From positions 1-40,936 of IMG/VR virus record IMGVR_UViG_3300002042_000002: DNA of 40,936 bases. One strand, written 5' to 3'. The stretch comes from a virus. The notes under the pieces are model-generated. The model did no database searches. It saw only the letters and a program-made list of their open reading frames with translations, and had not been told where the DNA came from. The translations under genes and the position numbers were made by a program. Below, piece after piece: positions 33,476-40,624 of the stretch. How positions within the stretch are numbered: position 1 is the stretch's first letter; each line of letters opens with the position of its first letter.

Positions 33476-33838
33476 TTAATAGTCAGGATTGTTTTTGAGG
33501 CGTTGCTCGGCTCTCCAGCGAGCGCTATCGCTTTCTTCGTCGTCGCTCCCGTCCGAAAAGTCAGAGCGCGGCTCGCCGTCGTAAGGCTCCTTATGGATCA
33601 TGTTGTGACCCTCTACCCATAAAAGATAATCATATCCGGCCATATCAATCTCGAAGAGTTTATAGGCGTCTGGTATAGCCAGTCCTATATATGGGGCGTG
33701 ATCTTTGTTTTTTTGGGTTAAGTGTGCGAGCATCCACTGGAATGCGTCTCTATCTCTCTCTTCTTTCGAAAAGAAGACGTTAGTCCTAGTCCCGCAATCG
33801 TCGTCTGTAGTAAACGTAAAAATAGTTTCATTGGTCAT
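33476..33838 (-). CDS. Hypothetical acidic protein, first gene of the leftward early operon (120 aa)
   Basis: I used the internal ATG at 33838 (MTNETIFTFTTDDD...). The longer track start (33982) would run through the control region and overlap the RHH gene. Confidence 0.6.
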   Translation of the reverse strand: MTNETIFTFTTDDDCGTRTNVFFSKEERDRDAFQWMLAHLTQKNKDHAPYIGLAIPDAYKLFEIDMAGYDYLLWVEGHNMIHKEPYDGEPRSDFSDGSDDEESDSARWRAEQRLKNNPDY

Positions 33839-33886
33839 ATTGTTTTCCTGAGTAGTCTGGTAGCTCGCTCTCCTTACTTCGATAAT

Positions 33887-33937
33887 GGGATATCTGTCAA
33901 CATAAAAAAAAAGATTGCGTATATCCCAAATATATCC
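33887..33937. promoter_or_regulatory. Candidate operator/promoter region: GGGATAT / ATATCCC inverted repeat, a third ATATCC copy, and a leftward TTGACA hexamer
   Basis: GGGATAT lies at 33887-33893, ATATCCC at 33921-33927 and ATATCC at 33932-33937. TGTCAA at 33895-33900 is TTGACA on the minus strand. The region sits between the divergent early operons. Confidence 0.4.
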
Positions 33938-33971
33938 TAAAGAGCTTTCGTCAATCAGGAGATAATGAACA

Positions 33972-34124
33972 ATGGCTACCAAAAAAGATCACACTATGAA
34001 GTCCCTTAACCTCCCGGACGCGCTTGTAGACCTTATCCAGCTAATCGCTGATAAAGAGCGCCGTTCCTTTACGGCTCAAGCTGTATTGTTTCTAGAGCAG
34101 GGCGCGGAGCATTACCGCCAATAA
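33972..34124 (+). CDS. Ribbon-helix-helix (Arc/CopG-like) transcriptional regulator (50 aa)
   Basis: MATKKDHTMKSLNLPDALVDLIQLIADKERRSFTAQAVLFLEQGAEHYRQ has the beta-strand plus two-helix RHH pattern (LNLP..L...L...A..E.RS....). It is not in the ORF track. Confidence 0.65.
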   Translation: MATKKDHTMKSLNLPDALVDLIQLIADKERRSFTAQAVLFLEQGAEHYRQ

Positions 34125-34174
34125 CAGAATAATGGAGACGATCTCCCTTATCCGCGCCGAGCGGCTTTCTCGGC

Positions 34175-34717
34175 ATGTCCTTAAATCAGGTGAAGACTAT
34201 GGAAGACACTGACGTAGACAAAATAGTCCGGGAGAATTTCCCAGACTTAACAGAGCACTCTCGCTGGCTAGAAGGCCTCCGCGAAATTGCAAAAAACATT
34301 AAGAGCGAGCAGGCGATTTATCGCAACAAGCTTAAGCCTCACTTAGACGAGCGCCGGGATCTCCTTAAAGACGCCCGTCTCGCCGGAGTAGATACGAAAG
34401 CTTTAAAGCAAATGGCTCTAGTCGTCGATTTTCTCGATAAGAACGTAATTAACGTACATGACAAAATCGGTGAAGACGCAGGCGACACAGCTCAGGCAAT
34501 GTTCGATCAATTTAGCCTCCCCTTCGCGGACTTCCGTCCGGGTAAGGATCTCATAGCAGAAGCCAAGCGTAAACACGCTGAGGCCAAAGCTAAGAAGGCC
34601 GAAGAGATCAAGGCGGCCAAAGCGAAAGCCAAAGCCGACGGCGATAAGCCGAAGGGTGGTCTTAAAGCGGCGGCCGCAAAAACAGCAACAGGTCAAAAGA
34701 AGGCCAAGGCTAAATAA
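34175..34717 (+). CDS. GapR/DUF2312-like DNA-binding protein with a Lys/Ala-rich histone-H1-like tail
   Basis: DARLAGVDTKALKQMALVVDFLD resembles the GapR core EAKGNGFDVKVLKKVVRIRKQD. The tail is AEAKAKKAEEIKAAKAKAKADGDKPKGG...KKAKAK. An alternative start, ATG 34199, has an AGGTGA RBS. Confidence 0.4.
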   Translation: MSLNQVKTMEDTDVDKIVRENFPDLTEHSRWLEGLREIAKNIKSEQAIYRNKLKPHLDERRDLLKDARLAGVDTKALKQMALVVDFLDKNVINVHDKIGEDAGDTAQAMFDQFSLPFADFRPGKDLIAEAKRKHAEAKAKKAEEIKAAKAKAKADGDKPKGGLKAAAAKTATGQKKAKAK

Positions 34718-35322
34718 TGGAAGGGGAGCTTCCAGTATTAGACTTGTGGCTCCCTGTCACTCCGCGCGGGAAAGGCCGTCCTCTAATGAGAACGATCCCC
34801 CGCGCGAAGGACGTAGATTATATGGAAAAAGAGATCCCGGATCCCTCTGGAGAATACGGGTTTAAAATGGCTAAGTTTTATCAACTCAGAGATCTTCGCC
34901 CGTCCGCATATGGCGAGACGACGACGAAATACGAAGAGGCTCTAAGACAAGAGATAAAGCGCCAGTACAAAGAACAAAAAGAATTTACCACAATTAGGGG
35001 AGCCGTTACTGTAGATTGGTGCGCGTACTTCCAGCCCGTTAAATCAGATCCTCGTAGGATCCAGAGATCTAAAATAGCCGGAGAGATCATGCACACTCAG
35101 CGGCCGGATAAAGACAACATAGAAAAGCTCATTTGCGACGCCATGGACACTCTGGCTTATGTGGAAGACTGTCAGATCAATTTCGGGACAGGCGCTAAGA
35201 TGTTTTCTCATAGAGAGGGGATTAGGATCCTTGTTAAGAAGTCTTCTCCTCAGGCGATATTAGACTGGGAAGCGAAGACGTTTCACTGGGAAGAGGAGGA
35301 GTTTAGACTTGTCTCAGAATGA
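34717..35322 (+). CDS. rusA: RusA-family Holliday junction resolvase
   Basis: PVTPRGKGRP ... RPDKDNIEKLICDAMDTLAYVEDCQI matches the RusA pattern (P..K.RPR ... PD.DN..K...DAL...DD.QI). Confidence 0.7.
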   Translation: MEGELPVLDLWLPVTPRGKGRPLMRTIPRAKDVDYMEKEIPDPSGEYGFKMAKFYQLRDLRPSAYGETTTKYEEALRQEIKRQYKEQKEFTTIRGAVTVDWCAYFQPVKSDPRRIQRSKIAGEIMHTQRPDKDNIEKLICDAMDTLAYVEDCQINFGTGAKMFSHREGIRILVKKSSPQAILDWEAKTFHWEEEEFRLVSE

Positions 35323-35590
35323 ACATTTAACGAAGTCAGAAACAGCTATGCTCGGCTATGTCAGAGGCTTCTATGACGCCTGCGGCCGTTATCCTAATCA
35401 ACATGAGATAAGTCGCGCTTTACAAGTCTCACGAGAAACAGTTGTTAGGATCCATAAAGGGCTTAGAGAAAAGGGCCGGGTAACGTATGGACACGGCGGC
35501 TATCAAATTAAAGGCAGGATGCAAAAGCTTATAGAGACGGTGATCCCCGGTTACAGCGACGATAATACGAAATACTTTATTTACAAATAA
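35309..35590 (+). CDS. Winged-HTH protein resembling the LexA N-terminal DNA-binding domain
   Basis: TTG start with GGAGGA 8 nt upstream. LTKSETAMLGYVRGFYDACGRYPNQHEISRALQVSRETVVRIHKGLREKGRV parallels the LexA N-terminal domain. Confidence 0.55.
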   Translation: MSQNEHLTKSETAMLGYVRGFYDACGRYPNQHEISRALQVSRETVVRIHKGLREKGRVTYGHGGYQIKGRMQKLIETVIPGYSDDNTKYFIYK

Positions 35591-35615
35591 GACTACAGCT
35601 CAGGAAAGCTAAAAA

Positions 35616-37094
35616 ATGCAAGATTACAGCGATTATACTCCCTCAGGTATAACAAGCGAGCTGGACAAAGTCCCGCAGTCGCAGGAGGCAGAGCAAGCCG
35701 TTCTAGGGGCTCTCATGTATGATAACAGGGCCGTCTATCCGGAAGTCCGGGATATTATCCAGCCTAAGCATTTCTATAACCCTATTCACGTCCGGATCGC
35801 CGAAGAGATTTTTAAGAAGTCCAGACGAGGACAGCTCTCGGACGCAATTAAGCTTAAGAACAGGTTTTCTCAGGACGAAACATTAAAGGATATCGGCGGC
35901 GTCGAATATCTGGCGTTATTGCTCGATAACTGCCCTCCTCTATCGACAGCTCCTGAGTACGCCCGGCTTATCGCAGATCTCGCAGGACGCCGCGAATTAA
36001 TCAGGCTCGCAAATGAGACGAGGCGATCCGCAGAGGATCCAGACGGAGATCTAGACGCTGAAGGACTTATAATGGAGCTGAGGCAGAAGATAGCGGCCGT
36101 CGAGGGCGTACTTCCCGCAAATGCTAAGTTTGTTACGCTCAGGGAGGCCTCTACTGAGGCTGTGGAGGCCATAGGGCAAGAGCGAGCCATGGGTCTACCT
36201 ATCGGCCTATCTGAGCTCGACGAGAAGCTCTCAGGCCTTGGCCGTGGGAAGCTCTCTGTCGTCGCTGGGCGGCCGTCTATGGGCAAGACGTCACTAGCGA
36301 CGAATATAGCCCGTAACATAGCTCTATCTGTTTCGAATAAGGACGAAGGCGTCCCCGGTAAGGTTGGCTTCTTCTCTCAGGAAATGCCTGCTACCGAGCT
36401 GGGCGAGAGGGCCGCGTCCTCAGCTCTGGGATCTAATTTCGGTATCGCGTACAACAAGATCGCAGGACATAAAGTCGGCGACGCTCAAATAACGAGGCTA
36501 AAGGGAGCTCTCCATAAGATCCCGGAGACTGTCCTTATCGACGAGGCCTCAGGGCTCACATATAGCGACATAGAAAAGCGCTCTCGTGCCATGGAGAAGC
36601 AATTAGGCGGCCTCGATATGATCGTCGTCGATTATCTTCAGCTAATGGGCGCTTCGGATTGCGAGGATCCTCGAAACGACGTGAAATACTTCGCGGAGAT
36701 CTGTAAGAACCTGAAGGCACTCGCAAAGCGGCTTAATATTCACGTCATGCTCTTAGCCCAGCTATCTAGAGAGGTAGAGAAGCGAGATAATAAGCGGCCG
36801 CAGATATCAGATCTTAAAGGATCCTCAGGTATCGAGGACGCGGCCGATATCGTCCTGTTGATTTATCGTAAGGAGAAGATCTTGCTCGATGCCGGGGAGC
36901 CGGAGAAGAGCGACGCAAAGCAGACCTATTACGACGATCTCAGGGAGGCTCGAGATAAGATGAATGTAATTATAGCGAAGAACAAGGGCGGCCCGCTCGC
37001 TGAGATCCAGCTCCGTTGTCAGTTAAAGTATGACTTAATTACAGAGCTCTTCGAGGAGGACGGAGAAATAAACGACGAGGATCCCTTCGCTTGA
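35616..37094 (+). CDS. dnaB: Replicative DNA helicase, DnaB family
   Basis: The N-terminus PQSQEAEQAVLGALMYDN, Walker A GRPSMGKTSLATNIA, VVDYLQLM and a C-terminal RecA-like core support the call. Confidence 0.92.
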   Translation: MQDYSDYTPSGITSELDKVPQSQEAEQAVLGALMYDNRAVYPEVRDIIQPKHFYNPIHVRIAEEIFKKSRRGQLSDAIKLKNRFSQDETLKDIGGVEYLALLLDNCPPLSTAPEYARLIADLAGRRELIRLANETRRSAEDPDGDLDAEGLIMELRQKIAAVEGVLPANAKFVTLREASTEAVEAIGQERAMGLPIGLSELDEKLSGLGRGKLSVVAGRPSMGKTSLATNIARNIALSVSNKDEGVPGKVGFFSQEMPATELGERAASSALGSNFGIAYNKIAGHKVGDAQITRLKGALHKIPETVLIDEASGLTYSDIEKRSRAMEKQLGGLDMIVVDYLQLMGASDCEDPRNDVKYFAEICKNLKALAKRLNIHVMLLAQLSREVEKRDNKRPQISDLKGSSGIEDAADIVLLIYRKEKILLDAGEPEKSDAKQTYYDDLREARDKMNVIIAKNKGGPLAEIQLRCQLKYDLITELFEEDGEINDEDPFA

Positions 37095-37268
37095 CAGCGG
37101 GGCTCTTCATAGGCCAAAGAAAAACCCCGCAACGGGCTACCAGAGCGGGGTCTTAAAATGTCTCAGGAAAGACGCGACTTAATTTAAAAAACTAAGAAGG
37201 TTCGCAATGAACAAAATCTATATATTGATTAAAAAACACTTTCGCAAGCTAAATATAGGCTTTGCGCT

Positions 37269-38183
37269 GTGAGTTATATCGTTACAGCACATATTCGCTC
37301 TCGTGTTGTCGGCCATGCCGTCAAAAAAGCTATTCTCCTCGTAATGGCCGACGCCGCTAATCACGACGGCTCGGATATATGGCTCTCAAAACCTACAATT
37401 TCGGCCGAGACTGAGTACGGGATCTCTACAATTAAAAAACATATGAGGGAGCTTGTAGCTGTCGGAGAGAAGTATGAGGACTTTACCCCGCTCATAATTG
37501 AGACAGGAAAACGCCGGGTAACTAACGGCTTTGTAAAGATCTATAAGATCGACTTAGAGGCTATATCTGCGCTCCCATTATCGAAAGTTATAGACCAGAC
37601 AGGGGGGTTATCTCTCGCCCCCGTCAATAATGGAGAAAATAGTGACGTAACCCCGACAGGGGCAGGAGACGCCCCCGACACAGGTCAGGACATGCCCCCT
37701 AACAATCCTGAACAGTCCGACAACAGTCCATCTACGGGAGATATCTTTGAGAAGCTTTGGAAGAAGATAATCGAGATCACTCCTGTAGACATTAGAACTC
37801 GTCATAAGAAGAAGCCCGCTCTAGCCAAATTTACTAAGATCGTTACCCGGAAGGAAAATTCTATTTCAGCGTCCAGAGTAGCTAACGCTGTATTGTGGTT
37901 TTATGCTTCTCCAGAGCAGACGCGCGACGGCGGCCGCTACATGCCGGGCCTCGTGCCGCTGTTGAACTCAGAAAACTTTACTCACTTTCTCGATAAAGGC
38001 GTATATGATCGCGCTGAGAGTAAAGAAGCTAAATCGCTCGAGGCTTGGCAGATCCGCGCTGATTATGTTAATCAGAACGCCGGAGAGTGGCCTCCTTCAG
38101 CTCCTAGTCCTCGTACATGCCCTAAGGACGTTAGAAAGCTCTTCGATAAACAGCACTGGGAAGCTTTAGGGTGGACAGAATGA
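37269..38183 (+). CDS. Replication initiator/organiser-like protein (N-terminal wHTH)
   Basis: GTG start. AILLVMADAANHDGSDIWLSKPTISAETEYGISTIKKHMRELV is a typical phage replication-protein HTH. A central IFEKLWKKI...PALAKFTK motif is seen in replisome organisers. Confidence 0.5.
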   Translation: MSYIVTAHIRSRVVGHAVKKAILLVMADAANHDGSDIWLSKPTISAETEYGISTIKKHMRELVAVGEKYEDFTPLIIETGKRRVTNGFVKIYKIDLEAISALPLSKVIDQTGGLSLAPVNNGENSDVTPTGAGDAPDTGQDMPPNNPEQSDNSPSTGDIFEKLWKKIIEITPVDIRTRHKKKPALAKFTKIVTRKENSISASRVANAVLWFYASPEQTRDGGRYMPGLVPLLNSENFTHFLDKGVYDRAESKEAKSLEAWQIRADYVNQNAGEWPPSAPSPRTCPKDVRKLFDKQHWEALGWTE

Positions 38184-38509
38184 AAAAGCGGTTAATCCAT
38201 TCTTACGGATCTCGATACTTTGCTAAGCCGGGAGGCACGATAGAGCCATATTACGAAGAGGATGTTATGGAGCTCGAGGCTTTAGTCCGGAAAGCGGCCT
38301 CAGGACGTGCCATAGACCGCGAATTAACACGCCTCATAGAGCAGGGCGTCGATTACAGCTTAGAGCTCACAAATGAGATAAAGTCCCTCAGGCGACGTCT
38401 GAGAGCGTCTGAGGAACAGTGTAAACAGCTCGTAACGGCTGTAGAGGCTTTAAAAGCGTCAAATCCGCGTCCCGTATTTGGGTACTTTAGGAAATTCTTC
38501 AGAAAATGA
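38171..38509 (+). CDS. Hypothetical coiled-coil protein (112 aa)
   Basis: The ORF overlaps both neighbours. It has a helical segment EIKSLRRRLRASEEQCKQLVTAVEALK. Confidence 0.6.
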   Translation: MDRMKKRLIHSYGSRYFAKPGGTIEPYYEEDVMELEALVRKAASGRAIDRELTRLIEQGVDYSLELTNEIKSLRRRLRASEEQCKQLVTAVEALKASNPRPVFGYFRKFFRK

Positions 38510-38997
38510 GATCTCTTAGAAGCATATTATCTCCGAAACTCCCCGGCTCTGCTTTACGCGTTTCTGGCTATGCTACCTTCTTCTGGAAGGAGGACGAGAA
38601 CGCAGACGTCCTAGCGCCGGGCGCATTTAGCGAAGATCTCGCTCTCGGGCCGTTCTATCGGCCGATGTTTTACAATCACGTTTACGAAGAGCTAGCTATA
38701 GGCGCGTGGGATCATATTCAGGCCTCAGAATACGGGATCTACGTCTCTGGAGTGATTAATCCGAGATTTAGTCTCGGCCGAGGCATAACTGAAGCCGTAA
38801 TTAAGGGATATATGAGATCTTTGTCTATCGGCTATCATAAATACCGCTTATTTGAGACATTAGGCGGCGCTGAGCTTTGCGACAGTGCTGTATTGCAAGA
38901 GATCTCTATTTGCGACGGCGGAGCCATGGAAGGGGCCGTCATTTCGGATTATCGCTGGATAAGGAACCCGTTTACAGGAAGGGCAGGTGAAAAATGA
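38506..38997 (+). CDS. Second HK97-type prohead protease (Peptidase S78)-like protein, core domain only (163 aa)
   Basis: It aligns by eye with 5086..5781: VSGYATFF..D.NADVLAPGAF / GLASVFG.VD.GGDMILPGAY, PMFYNH / PFLWRH, GIYVSGVINP / GLKVKGRIVP, SLSIGY / GLSIGY and LQEIS / LFEIS. Confidence 0.6.
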   Translation: MRSLRSILSPKLPGSALRVSGYATFFWKEDENADVLAPGAFSEDLALGPFYRPMFYNHVYEELAIGAWDHIQASEYGIYVSGVINPRFSLGRGITEAVIKGYMRSLSIGYHKYRLFETLGGAELCDSAVLQEISICDGGAMEGAVISDYRWIRNPFTGRAGEK

Positions 38998-39359
38998 CCG
39001 CAATTAAATTTATAGAAGAAAGACGGCCGCTAGCTAAGGCGTTTAAGGCCTCTCGAGAGAAGCTGGACTATAAAAGGGCCACTTTTGGCCTAATGCTCGG
39101 TTATAACGGCAATAATTGTAAAAAGCGCGTTCAAGAGTTCGAAAGTGGACATAGGCAGATCCCCCAGCATGTTTTACGCAAAGTTCACGACTGGATTACG
39201 CTCGGGCTTCCAGAAGACGCTCCAGAGCCGGATCTGTTGATCGCAAAAGCGACTTATTTCGAGAAAATGAGGCAGGGAAAGCCAAAATTTAACAATCGGG
39301 AGAATGTCGGCTCCCTACAGCCCGGCACTATCAATCTAAACGCAAAGGAAGACGCATAA
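38994..39359 (+). CDS. XRE/Cro-like HTH protein (121 aa)
   Basis: FKASREKLDYKRATFGLMLGY....KKRVQEFESGHRQIPQHVLRKV follows the HTH_3 pattern, ending in E.G.r.iP. Confidence 0.5.
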   Translation: MTAIKFIEERRPLAKAFKASREKLDYKRATFGLMLGYNGNNCKKRVQEFESGHRQIPQHVLRKVHDWITLGLPEDAPEPDLLIAKATYFEKMRQGKPKFNNRENVGSLQPGTINLNAKEDA

Positions 39360-39592
39360 TGAAGTCTCTAAATGTAAAAATAGGATCTCTCGGACAGATC
39401 TTGCGAAAATTAACTGAAATGGAAGATAATTCGCCCGGCGCGGCGGAGCTCGAAAATATGTCCGATTATCTCACAGATCCGGAGAGTAAGATCCTCACAG
39501 TCGGCATAGACGGAGATACGGCCGTAATCTCATTACATGAAGATCTTATAGAGGTTCTCTCTGAGAACGGCCTAGAAGAGGTTTTTAAGTAA
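39359..39592 (+). CDS. Hypothetical acidic protein (77 aa)
   Basis: The ORF has TAATG overlaps on both sides. Confidence 0.6.
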   Translation: MKSLNVKIGSLGQILRKLTEMEDNSPGAAELENMSDYLTDPESKILTVGIDGDTAVISLHEDLIEVLSENGLEEVFK

Positions 39593-40062
39593 TGGGAAAG
39601 GCAGTTAAATTCGAAGGGTGTAACTTCAAGTTCGCGGCTCCTGAGGCCGCTAAGAACGTCGTAGATCTAGAGTGCTTTACAAATGGCTCTCACAATGTCC
39701 TCGCTGTAGAGCTCACAAGCGAAGAACACGCCGAGTATATGAAAACAGGCCGGATATTTGTTTCTGTTCTTAGTGGACAGCATTTCTTCCCTATATTCGT
39801 CGGAACAGAGACTAGCACTCGAGAGCTTGTGAAACAGGACGGCGGCGTCGTATGGCCTAGCGCCGAAGATCTCCTCGAGCAAAAGTTGATCCGGGAAACA
39901 CATAAGCTCTTAGGAGGCGACGCTAAACAGAGACAGCTCTGTAGGACTAATCCGGAGCATTTCAATAAGGCTTGTGCTGATATTAAGCGATTATTGTTCA
40001 ATTCTGTAAGCGTAAAAGAGATCCGTCCTATAGTGTCTCAATATCTCGCGCATATCGACTAA
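39592..40062 (+). CDS. Hypothetical protein (156 aa)
   Basis: The ORF is packed in the operon. I cannot name a family with confidence. Confidence 0.65.
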   Translation: MGKAVKFEGCNFKFAAPEAAKNVVDLECFTNGSHNVLAVELTSEEHAEYMKTGRIFVSVLSGQHFFPIFVGTETSTRELVKQDGGVVWPSAEDLLEQKLIRETHKLLGGDAKQRQLCRTNPEHFNKACADIKRLLFNSVSVKEIRPIVSQYLAHID

Positions 40063-40067
40063 TCGAC

Positions 40068-40409
40068 ATGGCGAAGCGTGTAGCTCGAGAGGTCTATATC
40101 AAGTGGTACGGCCTTGGCGTCTGGAAGAAACTTCGCCTATTCCAGCTCCGTAGAGAGCCTCTCTGTCATATGTGCAAAGCTGAAGGGAAGACAGTCCCCG
40201 CTACGGTAGCAAACCACACTAAGGCACATAGAGGCGACTGGGATCTCTTCGTAGATCCTAAGAACCTCGATAGCCTCTGCGAGCATCACCATAACAGCGA
40301 TCAGCAGTCTTTCGAGAAGGGAGGAACGCCTAAGCTTAAGTTCGACGACGACGGCTGGCCTCTGGAAGATCCTAACGAATTGCTTGCAAAGCGACAGGCT
40401 AAGAGCTAA
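40068..40409 (+). CDS. Terminase-associated HNH endonuclease (HK97 gp74-like)
   Basis: LCHMCKAEGKTVPATVANHTKAHRGDWDLFVDPKNLDSLCEHHHN is the classic phage HNH. It is the last gene before the packaging region. Confidence 0.85.
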   Translation: MAKRVAREVYIKWYGLGVWKKLRLFQLRREPLCHMCKAEGKTVPATVANHTKAHRGDWDLFVDPKNLDSLCEHHHNSDQQSFEKGGTPKLKFDDDGWPLEDPNELLAKRQAKS

Positions 40410-40624
40410 GCGCTCGAGAGCGGAGGGCGCACCGTATGGGAGACGCGGCCCATATGCGAGACAGAAGAGCATAGGCAAGGGCCGAGATTGATCGCTCGAG
40501 TACCTACTTAACTCTCCCTCCGCTCCATTTGCTTATATGACTATTAAATGATATCTCTGTCCTCTCAGGTGCGAGCCTGAGCGCCATAAGGCGAAACAAC
40601 AACTAGAACGACACGGAGTTATAC

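Noticed and set aside
590-33937. ATATCCC / GGGATAT heptamer as a genome-wide regulatory motif
   Set aside because: Additional copies occur inside coding regions (for example near 592, 3083, 3326, 8271, 23895 and 28103). That frequency is not far above chance for a 7-mer on both strands. Only the clustered copies at 33887-33937 and the perfect 10-bp palindrome at 19080-19089 were kept, and those at low confidence.
19395-40478. Further shadow ORFs in the second half, for example 19395..19619(-), 19775..20032(-), 20707..20921(-), 21522..21719(-), 23281..23496(+), 23889..24336, 25249..25434(+), 26439..26678(-), 26876..27313(-), 27320..27523(-), 28669..29141(+), 29873..30228, 30485..30952(+), 31015..32283, 33203..33430(+), 33722..33940(+), 34418..34865, 34881..35096(-), 35870..36319(-), 37608..37805(-), 39667..40001(-) and 40137..40478(-)
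   Set aside because: They overlap better-supported genes on the opposite strand or in another frame, and they break the operon organisation. The only embedded ORF I accepted is the o-spanin (27159..27593), which has a lipobox and the expected position.
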